DNA of 57,975 bases from Bacteroidota bacterium (GTDB taxonomy: Bacteria; Bacteroidota; Bacteroidia; Chitinophagales; Chitinophagaceae), in the NCBI GenBank assembly GCA_025352905.1, contig JANXRX010000071.1, positions 1-57,975 of the forward strand, read 5' to 3'. Positions 18,839-28,207 of the stretch are shown here, in pieces; position 1 is the first letter of the stretch, and every line of letters begins with the position of its first letter. The notes below the pieces were generated by a model. The model did no database searches, had not been told where the DNA came from, and saw only the letters and a program-made list of their open reading frames with translations. A program made the translations under genes and the position numbers.

Positions 18839-19059
18839 AAAATGAAGTTTACTTTGATATACTTACGATATTAGTAACCCGTGTGGATGTGAATTTGTTT
18901 TAACAATATTGTATTTTTTTGTTAACCCTGCCCGCCCACCCGCAGACCGGGGCCGGTAGGTTTTGGTTTCTAAATATACTGATGTTCCCAGGAATCAGGA
19001 TCTGCCCACCGTTGCGGATTAATCTGTATATTTCACATACAATACTAAACTTCCTTGCC

Positions 19060-20370
19060 ATGGAGAAAAAACAACCCGCTACCACTATGCAAAACCGCCG
19101 GGGTTTTGTAAAACAGGGCCTGCAGGCCGCTGTTGCTTTTACCATTATTCCCCGTTTTGTAATGGGTGGCAAAGGCTACCTCCCTCCCAGCGACCGTATC
19201 AACCTTGGTTTTATCGGCACCGGTAAACAGGGTAAGATCCTCTTAAATTATTTTAAAGGCATTGCCCAAACCGTTGCGGGTGCTGATATCGATAAAACCA
19301 AGCTGGCTGCCGGCAAGGCGCTGGCAGAGAAATATTATGCCGATGCCTCAGGCAAAGAAACCTACAAAGGCTATACACCCTATTCCGATTTCAGGGAACT
19401 GCTCGACAGGAAAGATATTGATGCCGTAGTAATAGCCACACCCGATCACTGGCATGCGGTGATGGCCATCATGGCCGCCAATGCCGGCAAACACGTGTAT
19501 TGCGAAAAACCAATGGCGCATACAGTGGTTGAGGGCCGCGCGATGGTTACGGCCATGAAAAAGAATAATGTGGTGATGCAGACCGGCAGCATGCAACGCT
19601 CATGGGAGAAATTCCGTACGGCGGTGGAACTGGTGCGTAACGGGTATATCGGTACCGTTAAAGAGGTACAGGTAAATGTGGGCGACCCCGGTATTGCTTA
19701 CGATCTGCAACCCATGCCCGTTCCCCAATACCTGGATTGGGAAGCCTGGGTGGGACCTGCTGCGATGAACCCCTATAACCCCGAACTGGCCCCGCCAATT
19801 GAACAGGATATTTACCCGCACTGGCGCAATTATAAAGACTATGGCGGCGGCATCCTGAGCGACTGGGGTGCGCATATGTTCGACATTGCACAATGGGGAC
19901 TGGACATGGACCGCAGCGGCCCGGTTAGATTTTTCCCTCCAACAGATGTCAACGCCAAACGAGGGTTGACCATGATCTATGAAAATGGGATTGTGATGAA
20001 GCATCTTGATTTTGGCAGGGGCTGGGGCGTGAAATTTATTGGCGATAAAGGCACATTGAATATCAGCCGCGACTATTTAGACAGCGATCCGGCCAATATC
20101 GTAACGGCTACGCTGGGACCAAATGCAGTGAGGGTTTATAACAGTCCCGATCATTATAAGAACTGGCTGGAATGCATCAAGACCGGCAAACAACCGATCT
20201 GCGATGTAGAAACGGGGCACAGGAGCAGCAGTTTATGCGCCCTTGCCAACATCGCGTACTGGACCAGGCGGCCATTGGATTGGGATCCGAAAATGGAACA
20301 GTTTACCAATGATGCCGAAGCGAATAAGCTTTTGAAGCCTGCATTGAGAGGCAAATGGAAGCTGGTTTAG
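19060..20370 (+). CDS. Gfo/Idh/MocA family oxidoreductase, Tat-exported
   Basis: Start placed at MEKKQP; Tat motif NRRGFVK; GFIGTGKQG, IATPDHWH, YCEKP, DWGAHMFD. Confidence 0.9.
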   Translation: MEKKQPATTMQNRRGFVKQGLQAAVAFTIIPRFVMGGKGYLPPSDRINLGFIGTGKQGKILLNYFKGIAQTVAGADIDKTKLAAGKALAEKYYADASGKETYKGYTPYSDFRELLDRKDIDAVVIATPDHWHAVMAIMAANAGKHVYCEKPMAHTVVEGRAMVTAMKKNNVVMQTGSMQRSWEKFRTAVELVRNGYIGTVKEVQVNVGDPGIAYDLQPMPVPQYLDWEAWVGPAAMNPYNPELAPPIEQDIYPHWRNYKDYGGGILSDWGAHMFDIAQWGLDMDRSGPVRFFPPTDVNAKRGLTMIYENGIVMKHLDFGRGWGVKFIGDKGTLNISRDYLDSDPANIVTATLGPNAVRVYNSPDHYKNWLECIKTGKQPICDVETGHRSSSLCALANIAYWTRRPLDWDPKMEQFTNDAEANKLLKPALRGKWKLV

Positions 20371-21672
20371 TTAGTGTCTGTTCATCAACCATTCTTTCAA
20401 TTCAGCAAAAGAAGCGTCCATTTTCACACTTTGCTTTTCTTTTGTAAACAGGTACTCCGCAGATGCAGGCACGGGTATCTTTTTACCCGTCATAGCCTCC
20501 ACTGTTTCGGGAAATTTTACGGGATGCGCTGTTTCCAGGAAGATCCCCTTTTCTTTTGGGTGCTGTTGCAGGTATTGATCCAGTGCATAATACGCCACTG
20601 CACCATGCGGGTCCAGCGTGTATCCGTATTTTTTATACACTTCCCCGATCGTTTGTTTCGTGATCGCATCACTCACCGTATAGCCTGAAATGATCTCTGT
20701 GATATCAGCATAGTTATGCTGAAACAGTTCCAGCACCCGCACAAAATTACTGGGGCTGCCTACATCCATGGCGTTGGAAATAGTTGGCACGGGGGCTTTC
20801 GTATGATATATACCGGTTCGTAAATAATCCGGAACTGCATCATTTACATTACAGGCTGCAATAAAATGTTTTACCGGCAACCCCCCTGCATGCGCCAATA
20901 ACCCCGCACAGAGATTGCCGAAGTTTCCACAGGGTACGGATATCACGGGCGCTTGTTGCGTTTCTTTCCAGTGCCGATAGGCAAAAAAATAATACAATTG
21001 CTGCGGCAGCCACCTGGCCACATTAATGGAATTGGCTGATGTGAGTTGTAATTTTTTATGGAGATCCGCATCCATGAATGCGTCTTTTACCATGGCCTGG
21101 CAATCATCAAAACTCCCTGTTATTTCAAGGGCAGTTATGTTTTGTCCGCAGGTAGTGAGTTGCAACTCCTGAACCGGGCTTACTTTACCTGATGGATAGA
21201 GTATCACCACATCAACTCCTTCCACTCCAAGGAATCCATTGGCTACGGCTCCGCCGGTATCGCCGGAAGTGGCTACCAATACGGTGATCTTTTCTTTTTG
21301 CTGATGCGAAAAATAGCCAAGGCAACGGCTCATAAACCTGGCACCCACATCTTTAAAAGCAAGTGTTGGGCCGTGAAAAAGTTCGAGCGCATAGCTATTA
21401 TCGCTTACGGGTATCAATGGAAAAGGGAAGTCGATGGTTTCGGAAACGATAGTATAAAGTGTTTCTTCATCTATGGTGTTGCCTGTATAGGGCCGCATGA
21501 TGCTGTAAGCGAGAGCCTGTTTTGAATAGTCCTCAATATGTTGGATGATGTGTGGATCAATGGTTGGTATGGATTCGGGGAAGTATAAACCTTTATCAGG
21601 CGCCTGGCCATGAATGGTCGCGTCTTTGAAACTGACGGGGGGAGTGGATTTGTTTAGGCTGAAGTAGTTCAT
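20371..21672 (-). CDS. thrC: Threonine synthase
   Basis: LELFHGPTLAFKDVG (PLP lysine), ATSGDTG, SANSIN, LETAHPVKF; start placed at MNYFSL. Confidence 0.96.
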   Translation of the reverse strand: MNYFSLNKSTPPVSFKDATIHGQAPDKGLYFPESIPTIDPHIIQHIEDYSKQALAYSIMRPYTGNTIDEETLYTIVSETIDFPFPLIPVSDNSYALELFHGPTLAFKDVGARFMSRCLGYFSHQQKEKITVLVATSGDTGGAVANGFLGVEGVDVVILYPSGKVSPVQELQLTTCGQNITALEITGSFDDCQAMVKDAFMDADLHKKLQLTSANSINVARWLPQQLYYFFAYRHWKETQQAPVISVPCGNFGNLCAGLLAHAGGLPVKHFIAACNVNDAVPDYLRTGIYHTKAPVPTISNAMDVGSPSNFVRVLELFQHNYADITEIISGYTVSDAITKQTIGEVYKKYGYTLDPHGAVAYYALDQYLQQHPKEKGIFLETAHPVKFPETVEAMTGKKIPVPASAEYLFTKEKQSVKMDASFAELKEWLMNRH

Positions 21673-21679
21673 ATATTTT

Positions 21680-21716
21680 TTGCCACAGAGCACTGAGTTA
21701 CAGAGGCACTGAGTTA
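21680..21716. repeat. CACAGAG-type short tandem repeat in the thrB-thrC spacer
   Basis: ttgccacagagcactgagtta-cagaggcactgagtta; related element at 55967-56023. Confidence 0.6.
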
Positions 21717-22679
21717 GTTGGTGAATATGATGCCGGTTTGATTGATGGTGGTTACGTAGATATGGTGTTCGAGACCCAGTTTTTCATACACACTGTGCAT
21801 TTCCTGTTCAATCGCTTTGGCCGTAGCTTCCTCTTTACTAAGCATGAAGATAGATGGACCGGAGCCGGAAATACCCCCGCCCAATGCACCCGCTTCCTTG
21901 CTTCTCTGTTTAATAGTATCGAAGCCCGGGATGAGGATACTTCTCACCGGCTCTATCAATACATCTTCCAATGAGCGGCCGATCAGTTCGTAATCGCTTT
22001 TCAATAACCCGGCTACCAATCCGGCAATATTGCCCCATTGACGGATGGCATCTTTTAAGAGGATCCCCTGTTTTAAAATGCTTCGGGCATCCGCCGTTCT
22101 CACTTCTATTTGCGGATGTACAATGGTTACATATAATTCAGGTGCGGCAAGTTGTACAATATCCAAAGGAAAAATAGAACGGATCAGGGTAACCCCGCCA
22201 TAGATACAGGGCGCAATATTATCTGCATGTTTTACACCTGACGCAAGTTTCTCTCCATTCATCGCAAAACGAACCAGGTCCTCTTTGCTGAAGCGGTCAT
22301 TCAATAAGCGGTTGGCCGCCACAACCGCCCCCGCCGCACTGGCCGCACTGGAACCAACACCACTTCCCGGTTTGATGTATTTGCAGATCCGAAGTTCAAG
22401 TCCCTGTTCCAGATCCACTTCTTCCAGCATCGCCAATAAAGCGGCACCCGCCACATTCTTTTCAGGATCGGTAGGAAGCCCGTATGCATCTTCATTAATA
22501 ATAGTAATACCCGGTTTATCTGTGAAACAGATACTCATTTTATCATAGGGATCGTTCACGGCAAAGCCCAGCACATCAAACCCGCAGACCATGTTTGCAA
22601 CAGTTGCTGGTGAAAGCACGGTGACCCTCCCTGGCCCCCCCTGAGAGGGGGAGGGCTTTCTATGATGAGTTCTATTCAT
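21714..22679 (-). CDS. thrB: Homoserine kinase with a palindrome-encoded N-terminal extension
   Basis: PATVANMVCGFD, PGSGVGSSAASA, HADN, ISGSGPS. Confidence 0.95.
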   Translation of the reverse strand: MNRTHHRKPSPSQGGPGRVTVLSPATVANMVCGFDVLGFAVNDPYDKMSICFTDKPGITIINEDAYGLPTDPEKNVAGAALLAMLEEVDLEQGLELRICKYIKPGSGVGSSAASAAGAVVAANRLLNDRFSKEDLVRFAMNGEKLASGVKHADNIAPCIYGGVTLIRSIFPLDIVQLAAPELYVTIVHPQIEVRTADARSILKQGILLKDAIRQWGNIAGLVAGLLKSDYELIGRSLEDVLIEPVRSILIPGFDTIKQRSKEAGALGGGISGSGPSIFMLSKEEATAKAIEQEMHSVYEKLGLEHHIYVTTINQTGIIFTN

Positions 22680-22730
22680 ACTAATTAATTTCCCCCCCTC
22701 CCAGGGGGGATCAAGGGGGGTGAGGGCGGG
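22625..22730. repeat. Two C-rich/G-rich palindromic units in inverted orientation flanking the thrB start codon
   Basis: ccctccctggccccccctgagagggggaggg (22625-22655, coding) and ccccccctcccaggggggatcaagggggg (22692-22720, intergenic). Confidence 0.7.
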
Positions 22731-25172
22731 TCAGCGCCCGACCCTTATAATATCTGCAAATACCCCCGACGCCGTTACATCCGCTCCCGCGCCTGCACCT
22801 TTAACCACTAAGGGCTGTTCAGGATAACGGTCAGTATAAAACAAAACGAGGTTATCCTTTCCATAGAGATGATAAAAATCAGATTCAGAAGGGATATGCC
22901 TCAGTCCAACGGATGCCTTCCCGTTTTCATAGGCTGCCACAAATTTCAGCTTACATTTTTTGGCTACCGCTTCTTCATATAATTTTTTGAAATGCGCTTC
23001 CTGTTTTTCCATCTCTGTATAGAAATCTTCCACACTTCCCTCAAAGCAGGAGGCGGGCAGAAAATATTGGTTAGTGATATCTTCCATTTCAATTTGCTGA
23101 CCGGCCTCACGCGCGAGAATCATGATTTTACGCATCACGTCGGTGCCGCCAAGATCAAGGCGCGGGTCCGGTTCCGTATATCCCTCTGCCTGTGCCTGGC
23201 GTACTACCTGTGAAAAAGGTTTGGTGCCGTCATAATTATTAAACACAAAATTGAGGGTGCCGGAAAGTACGGCCTGGATCTGGTTTACTTTGTCGCCGCT
23301 CCGCAGCAGGTCGTTCAGGGTACCTATTACCGGTAACCCCGCTCCTACATTGGTTTCGAAGAGGAACATGGCATTAAATTCTCTCGACAAGGATTTCAGT
23401 TTCTGGTAAACGGAATATTTGGAAGATGCGGCTATCTTATTACAGGCAACAACGGATATGCTTTTTTCAAGCAACGAACCATATACAGTTGCCACTTCTG
23501 CGTTGGCGGTTACATCTACAAATACGCTGTTACGCAAATTCTTTTCAATAATGCGCTGCACAAAGTCATGAATATTGCCCGATGATGCCTGCTGCAGATC
23601 GTCCTTCCAGCAATCAAGGTTAACGCCTTCTTCATTGATCAATATTTTTTTACTGTTTGCCAGGCCGATGATCTGTATCTGCAAACGCAGATGATCCTGC
23701 AGGTATTGGAGCTGTTTCTGTATCTGTCCCAATAATTTTCCGCCTACATTACCGGTACCCGCTATAAATACATTGAGCTGCTTATAGCTGGTCTCGAAAA
23801 ATTCTTCGTGTAATACATTGATGGCTTTTTTTACATCCGTCTCCGATAATACTGCCGAGATATTTTTTTCGGATGAGCCCTGTGCGATGGCCCGTACATT
23901 GATACCGTTACGCCCGAGCACGCCAAACATTTTACCGCTGATACCCGGATGGCTCTTCATCTGTTCGCCTACAAGCGCTACAATGGATAACCCGTCTTCC
24001 ACTTTCAGCGGATCTACTTTGCCGGTTTCTATTTCGTATCCGAATGCTTTATCAATAGATTTTTTTGCTTTTGTGGTATCAGATTCATTAATACCAACAC
24101 AAATAGAGTGCTCTGATGAACTCTGTGTGATCAGGATCACATTCACACTCTCATTAGCCAATGCCTCGAACAGTCTTTTAGAAAACCCGGGGATACCAAT
24201 CATGCCGCTTCCTTCAAGACTAAGCAGGCTGATCTTATTGATACTGGAAATGCCCCTGATAAAACTATCCGTTACTGCCGATTCGTTTTCTATCAGCGTG
24301 CCGTATTCACTGGGAGCAAATGTATTCTTGATCCATACCGGAATATTCCGGCTCATGACCGGTTGTATGGTGGGTGGATAAATGATCTTAGCACCGAAAT
24401 GCGAAAGCTCCATAGCTTCCTGGTATGAGATCCGCTGAATGCATTTGGCGTTTTGCACAAGTCGCGGGTCGGCCGTCATCATCCCACTTACATCGGTCCA
24501 TATTTCCAGCACGCTTGCCTGCGTGGCAGCTGCGAATATGGCGCCTGTGTAATCAGAACCACCACGGCCCAGGGTGGTGGTATTGCCATTTTCATCACTC
24601 GAAATAAAGCCCGGAACAATATATAAGGGATGCGGATTCTTAACAAGAAACTCCTGTATCTTCTTTTCGGTAAAAGCAAAGTCTACAGTGGCATTGCCAT
24701 GATTTGCATTGGTCGTGATCAGCTTGCGTGCATCTATCCATAACTGGTTTACCTGGAGCGACTGGAACTTTGCCGATACCATCATAGAAGAAAGCAGTTC
24801 ACCATAACTTACGATCCGGTCCCTGGTGCGGGGAGATAATTCGCCCAGTAAAAAAACACCGTCGCAGATGCCTTCGAGATCATTGAACTGTTGTTTTAGT
24901 AAACTCAGGGTAGCGCTCTGTTGCTGAATAGGCAATAATGCACGAACTGCATCCAGGTGCCGGTTCTCCATTTCTTTCAAGAGGTCCTTATACTTCTCAT
25001 CTGCTATTGCTGCCAGGCTGCCGGTTTTCAATAATGCATCTGTTACACCGCCCATGGCCGAGATTACCAGCACAATGGATTCTTCCTGTAAGGCGGCATG
25101 TACAATATCTGCCACCTTATTTATATTGTCTGCGTTGGCAACAGAGCTGCCGCCGAATTTAAATACCTGCAT
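22731..25172 (-). CDS. thrA: Bifunctional aspartokinase / homoserine dehydrogenase I
   Basis: KFGGSS, TLGRGGSDY, two ACT domains (QSSSE, QGSSE), GTGNVG, ETNVGAGLP, GYTEPDPR. Confidence 0.97.
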   Translation of the reverse strand: MQVFKFGGSSVANADNINKVADIVHAALQEESIVLVISAMGGVTDALLKTGSLAAIADEKYKDLLKEMENRHLDAVRALLPIQQQSATLSLLKQQFNDLEGICDGVFLLGELSPRTRDRIVSYGELLSSMMVSAKFQSLQVNQLWIDARKLITTNANHGNATVDFAFTEKKIQEFLVKNPHPLYIVPGFISSDENGNTTTLGRGGSDYTGAIFAAATQASVLEIWTDVSGMMTADPRLVQNAKCIQRISYQEAMELSHFGAKIIYPPTIQPVMSRNIPVWIKNTFAPSEYGTLIENESAVTDSFIRGISSINKISLLSLEGSGMIGIPGFSKRLFEALANESVNVILITQSSSEHSICVGINESDTTKAKKSIDKAFGYEIETGKVDPLKVEDGLSIVALVGEQMKSHPGISGKMFGVLGRNGINVRAIAQGSSEKNISAVLSETDVKKAINVLHEEFFETSYKQLNVFIAGTGNVGGKLLGQIQKQLQYLQDHLRLQIQIIGLANSKKILINEEGVNLDCWKDDLQQASSGNIHDFVQRIIEKNLRNSVFVDVTANAEVATVYGSLLEKSISVVACNKIAASSKYSVYQKLKSLSREFNAMFLFETNVGAGLPVIGTLNDLLRSGDKVNQIQAVLSGTLNFVFNNYDGTKPFSQVVRQAQAEGYTEPDPRLDLGGTDVMRKIMILAREAGQQIEMEDITNQYFLPASCFEGSVEDFYTEMEKQEAHFKKLYEEAVAKKCKLKFVAAYENGKASVGLRHIPSESDFYHLYGKDNLVLFYTDRYPEQPLVVKGAGAGADVTASGVFADIIRVGR

Positions 25173-25236
25173 ATATCAATTCTTTACTCCCCTAAGAGAT
25201 TTCCTAATTACCTATTCCCAATTATCAATATCCTAC

Positions 25237-26487
25237 TCACACCAAATACCCAAACAAGTTATCTCCTGATTTTAACTCAGTATAATTGATATGGTAACGA
25301 TCCATGTTCTGAACCAGTATTTCATAATCACATTTTGATTGCAGTTCAATGCCAACCAATGCAGGTGCGGTGTCTTTGTTATGCTTTTGCATATACTCGA
25401 AACGGGTAATATCATCATTGGGTCCGAGTACCTGGTTTACAAACTCTTTCAGTGCGCCCGGTCTTTGTGCAAAGCGGACGAGGAAATAATGTTTAAGGCC
25501 CTCATACTGGAGCGATCTTTCTTTTATTTCCTGCATCCGGTCAATATCATTGTTACCGCCGCTAACGATACAGACTATATTCTTTCCCCTGATTTCTTCT
25601 GCATAATCGTCCATAGCTGTGATAGCCATAGCGCCCGCAGGTTCTGCTACAATGGCTTCTTCATTATATAATTTCAGGATAGTGGTACAGATCTTACCTT
25701 CTGGTACCAGGTGAAGATCATCCAATACCGTTTTACAAATTTCGTATGTGAGGTTACCTGTTCTTTTTACAGATGCCCCATCAACAAAACGTTCTATATT
25801 ATCGAGTGTTACAGGGTGACCCGCCTTGAATGCTTCGTACATAGAAGGTGCGCCTTCGGGTTCTGCACCGATCACTTTTGTTTTGGGTGAAAAGGTTTTG
25901 AAGAAAGATCCCACGCCTGCACTCAACCCGCCGCCGCCAACAGGCACAAAGATGAAATCAATATCAGGTTGATCTTCCAGTATTTCCATACCCACGGTTG
26001 CCTGGCCCTCAATAATACGCAGGTCATCAAACGGTGGAATAAAACTTAAGCCGTTTTCTTCTGTGTATTGTTTCGCGGTTATCGAGCAATCATCATAGGT
26101 ATCGCCTGTGAGCCTCACTTCAATAAATCCTTCCCCAAACATTTTTGTTTGGGAAACTTTTTGATTGGGCGTAATGATGGGCATGAATACCACGCCTTTT
26201 ACATTCAGTTTTTTGCAACTGTATGCAAAACCCTGGGCATGGTTACCCGCGCTGGCGCAAACCACGCCCTTCTTTAATTGCTCGGGGGGCAGGCTGCTCA
26301 TCATATTATAGGCACCCCGCAGTTTGTAGGAACGAACCACCTGCAGGTCCTCTCTTTTCAGGAAAACATTGCATTGGTATTTACGCGATAAGTTATGGTT
26401 ATACGTAAGCGGTGTCCTGATCACTACTTTTTCCAGTCGCTTTTTGGCGGCCTGGAAATCGAGGGTTAGGGAGGTTGTTGTTTGCAT
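25237..26487 (-). CDS. ilvA: Threonine dehydratase, short form
   Basis: KREDLQVVRSYKLRGAYN, ASAGNHAQG, GGGGL, single C-terminal ACT-like domain (QRPGAL). Confidence 0.95.
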   Translation of the reverse strand: MQTTTSLTLDFQAAKKRLEKVVIRTPLTYNHNLSRKYQCNVFLKREDLQVVRSYKLRGAYNMMSSLPPEQLKKGVVCASAGNHAQGFAYSCKKLNVKGVVFMPIITPNQKVSQTKMFGEGFIEVRLTGDTYDDCSITAKQYTEENGLSFIPPFDDLRIIEGQATVGMEILEDQPDIDFIFVPVGGGGLSAGVGSFFKTFSPKTKVIGAEPEGAPSMYEAFKAGHPVTLDNIERFVDGASVKRTGNLTYEICKTVLDDLHLVPEGKICTTILKLYNEEAIVAEPAGAMAITAMDDYAEEIRGKNIVCIVSGGNNDIDRMQEIKERSLQYEGLKHYFLVRFAQRPGALKEFVNQVLGPNDDITRFEYMQKHNKDTAPALVGIELQSKCDYEILVQNMDRYHINYTELKSGDNLFGYLV

Positions 26488-26492
26488 AGAAA

Positions 26493-27539
26493 TTAATTAT
26501 TCTCGGGGCGGAGGCTTCTCACGGTCTTGCCTGCCTGCCACATTTCACTTTCCTGCAGTTCTTTTAATTCTGCATTCAGTTTCTCACGATAATCGGGTTT
26601 GCTGTTGCTCTCGATAGATTTTGCGGCCTCTTTGCCGGCTGCCACGCTATCATATAATTCTGTAAATACAGGTAAGGTTGCATCCCGGAATTTTTTCCAC
26701 CAGTCCAATGCGCCGCGTTGTGCGGTGGTAGAACAGTTAGCATACATCCAGTCCATTCCATTCTCTGCCACCAATGGCATAAGCGACTGCGTTAATTCTT
26801 CCACGGTTTCATTAAATGCTTCCGAAGGCGAATGGCCCTTTGCGCGCAGTACCTGGAACTGTGCAGCGAATATTCCCTGTATCGCACCCATCAGTGTTCC
26901 GCGCTCACCGGTAAGATCGCTGTATACTTCTTTTTTGAAATTGGTCTCGAATAAATAACCGCTGCCAATGGCAATACCCAATGATACCACCCTGTCAAAA
27001 GCACGACCGGTTGCATCCTGGAAAATAGCATAACTGCTGTTGAGTCCACGGCCCTGTAAGAACATCCTGCGTAAGGAGGTACCTGAACCTTTAGGAGCCA
27101 CCAGGAACACATCTACATCTGCCGGTGGTACAATACCGGTTTGATCGTTATACGTGATCCCGAAACCATGCGAAAAATACAAGGCTTTACCGGGTGTTAA
27201 ATGTTTCTTCACGGTTGGCCACATCGCAATCTGTGCGGCATCGCTTAACAGGTAGCAGATGATGGTGCCACGTTGTAAGGCTTCTTCTATTTCGAAAAGG
27301 GTTTGGCCCGGTACAAAACCATCCCGTACGGCTTTATCCCAGCTTTTGGAATCTTTACGTTGTCCCACGATCACATTGATACCATTCTCTTTCTGGTTCA
27401 AAGCCTGGCCGGGCCCCTGTACACCGTAGCCTATTACCGCTACTACTTCGTCTTTCAATACTTCCTGCGCTTTGGCAAGCGGGAACTCATCGCGGGTTAC
27501 TACGTTTTCTTCTACACCGCCGAAATTTAATTTTGCCAT
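26493..27539 (-). CDS. ilvC: Ketol-acid reductoisomerase
   Basis: IGYGVQGPGQ, FSHGF, VAPKGSG, SDLTGERG. Confidence 0.96.
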   Translation of the reverse strand: MAKLNFGGVEENVVTRDEFPLAKAQEVLKDEVVAVIGYGVQGPGQALNQKENGINVIVGQRKDSKSWDKAVRDGFVPGQTLFEIEEALQRGTIICYLLSDAAQIAMWPTVKKHLTPGKALYFSHGFGITYNDQTGIVPPADVDVFLVAPKGSGTSLRRMFLQGRGLNSSYAIFQDATGRAFDRVVSLGIAIGSGYLFETNFKKEVYSDLTGERGTLMGAIQGIFAAQFQVLRAKGHSPSEAFNETVEELTQSLMPLVAENGMDWMYANCSTTAQRGALDWWKKFRDATLPVFTELYDSVAAGKEAAKSIESNSKPDYREKLNAELKELQESEMWQAGKTVRSLRPENN

Positions 27540-27582
27540 TTTGTTGGTTGTTTTTGGTTTACTTGTTTATGGTCTGTTTGTT

Positions 27583-28170
27583 TCACATGCTGAATACTTC
27601 GTCCTGTTTATCCAAAAATTCATTCTCCACCAATTCCTCTCCCGGTTGCGCCTCATCAAATTCTCTTAATTTTTCATGGAATCCCTTGCTTTCTTTTATA
27701 ATGGCCACCCGTGCGCTTCTTACAAATTCGATCAACCCAAAAGGCGCCAGTACCGCTACCAGTTTATCGGTTTCTTCCCTATGACCGCTGGTTTCAAAAA
27801 TGGTATAGTCTTTCCGGATCACTACGGCTCTTGCACCATGTTCGCGTAATAATCTTTCTACTTTTACTTTTTCAGCTATCTCATCCGTAGGTACTTTATA
27901 CAAGGCCAGTTCCTGCCAGATAATCTCTTCATTGGTATTGTAATATGCTTTCAGCACTTCTACCTGTTTTTCTATCTGCCGCGCCAGTTTACGAACCACC
28001 TCTTCCGTTTCCACTATTACGATCGTAAACCGGTGTATGCCTTCTGCCTCGGAGGGAGAGGTATTTAAACTCTCTATATTGATCTTTCTTCTTGAGAAAA
28101 TGGTTGCGATACGAACCAGCAAACCAATATGGTTCTCCGTATATACCGTTATCGTAAATTCCTTTTTCAT
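27583..28170 (-). CDS. ilvN: Acetolactate synthase small subunit
   Basis: ENHIGLLVRIATIFSRRKINIESL, QELALYKV, IEFVRSA. Confidence 0.93.
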   Translation of the reverse strand: MKKEFTITVYTENHIGLLVRIATIFSRRKINIESLNTSPSEAEGIHRFTIVIVETEEVVRKLARQIEKQVEVLKAYYNTNEEIIWQELALYKVPTDEIAEKVKVERLLREHGARAVVIRKDYTIFETSGHREETDKLVAVLAPFGLIEFVRSARVAIIKESKGFHEKLREFDEAQPGEELVENEFLDKQDEVFSM

Positions 28171-28207
28171 ATTATATTTTTATCCTCAACCTGAAGGATG
28201 GGGCTGG

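Noticed and set aside
18919-19059. N-terminal extensions given by the ORF track (also 40952-41149, 46342-46422, 50853-50921, 32617-32688)
   Set aside because: Artefacts of longest-ORF calling; downstream ATGs give proper signal peptides or family N-termini and avoid overlaps.
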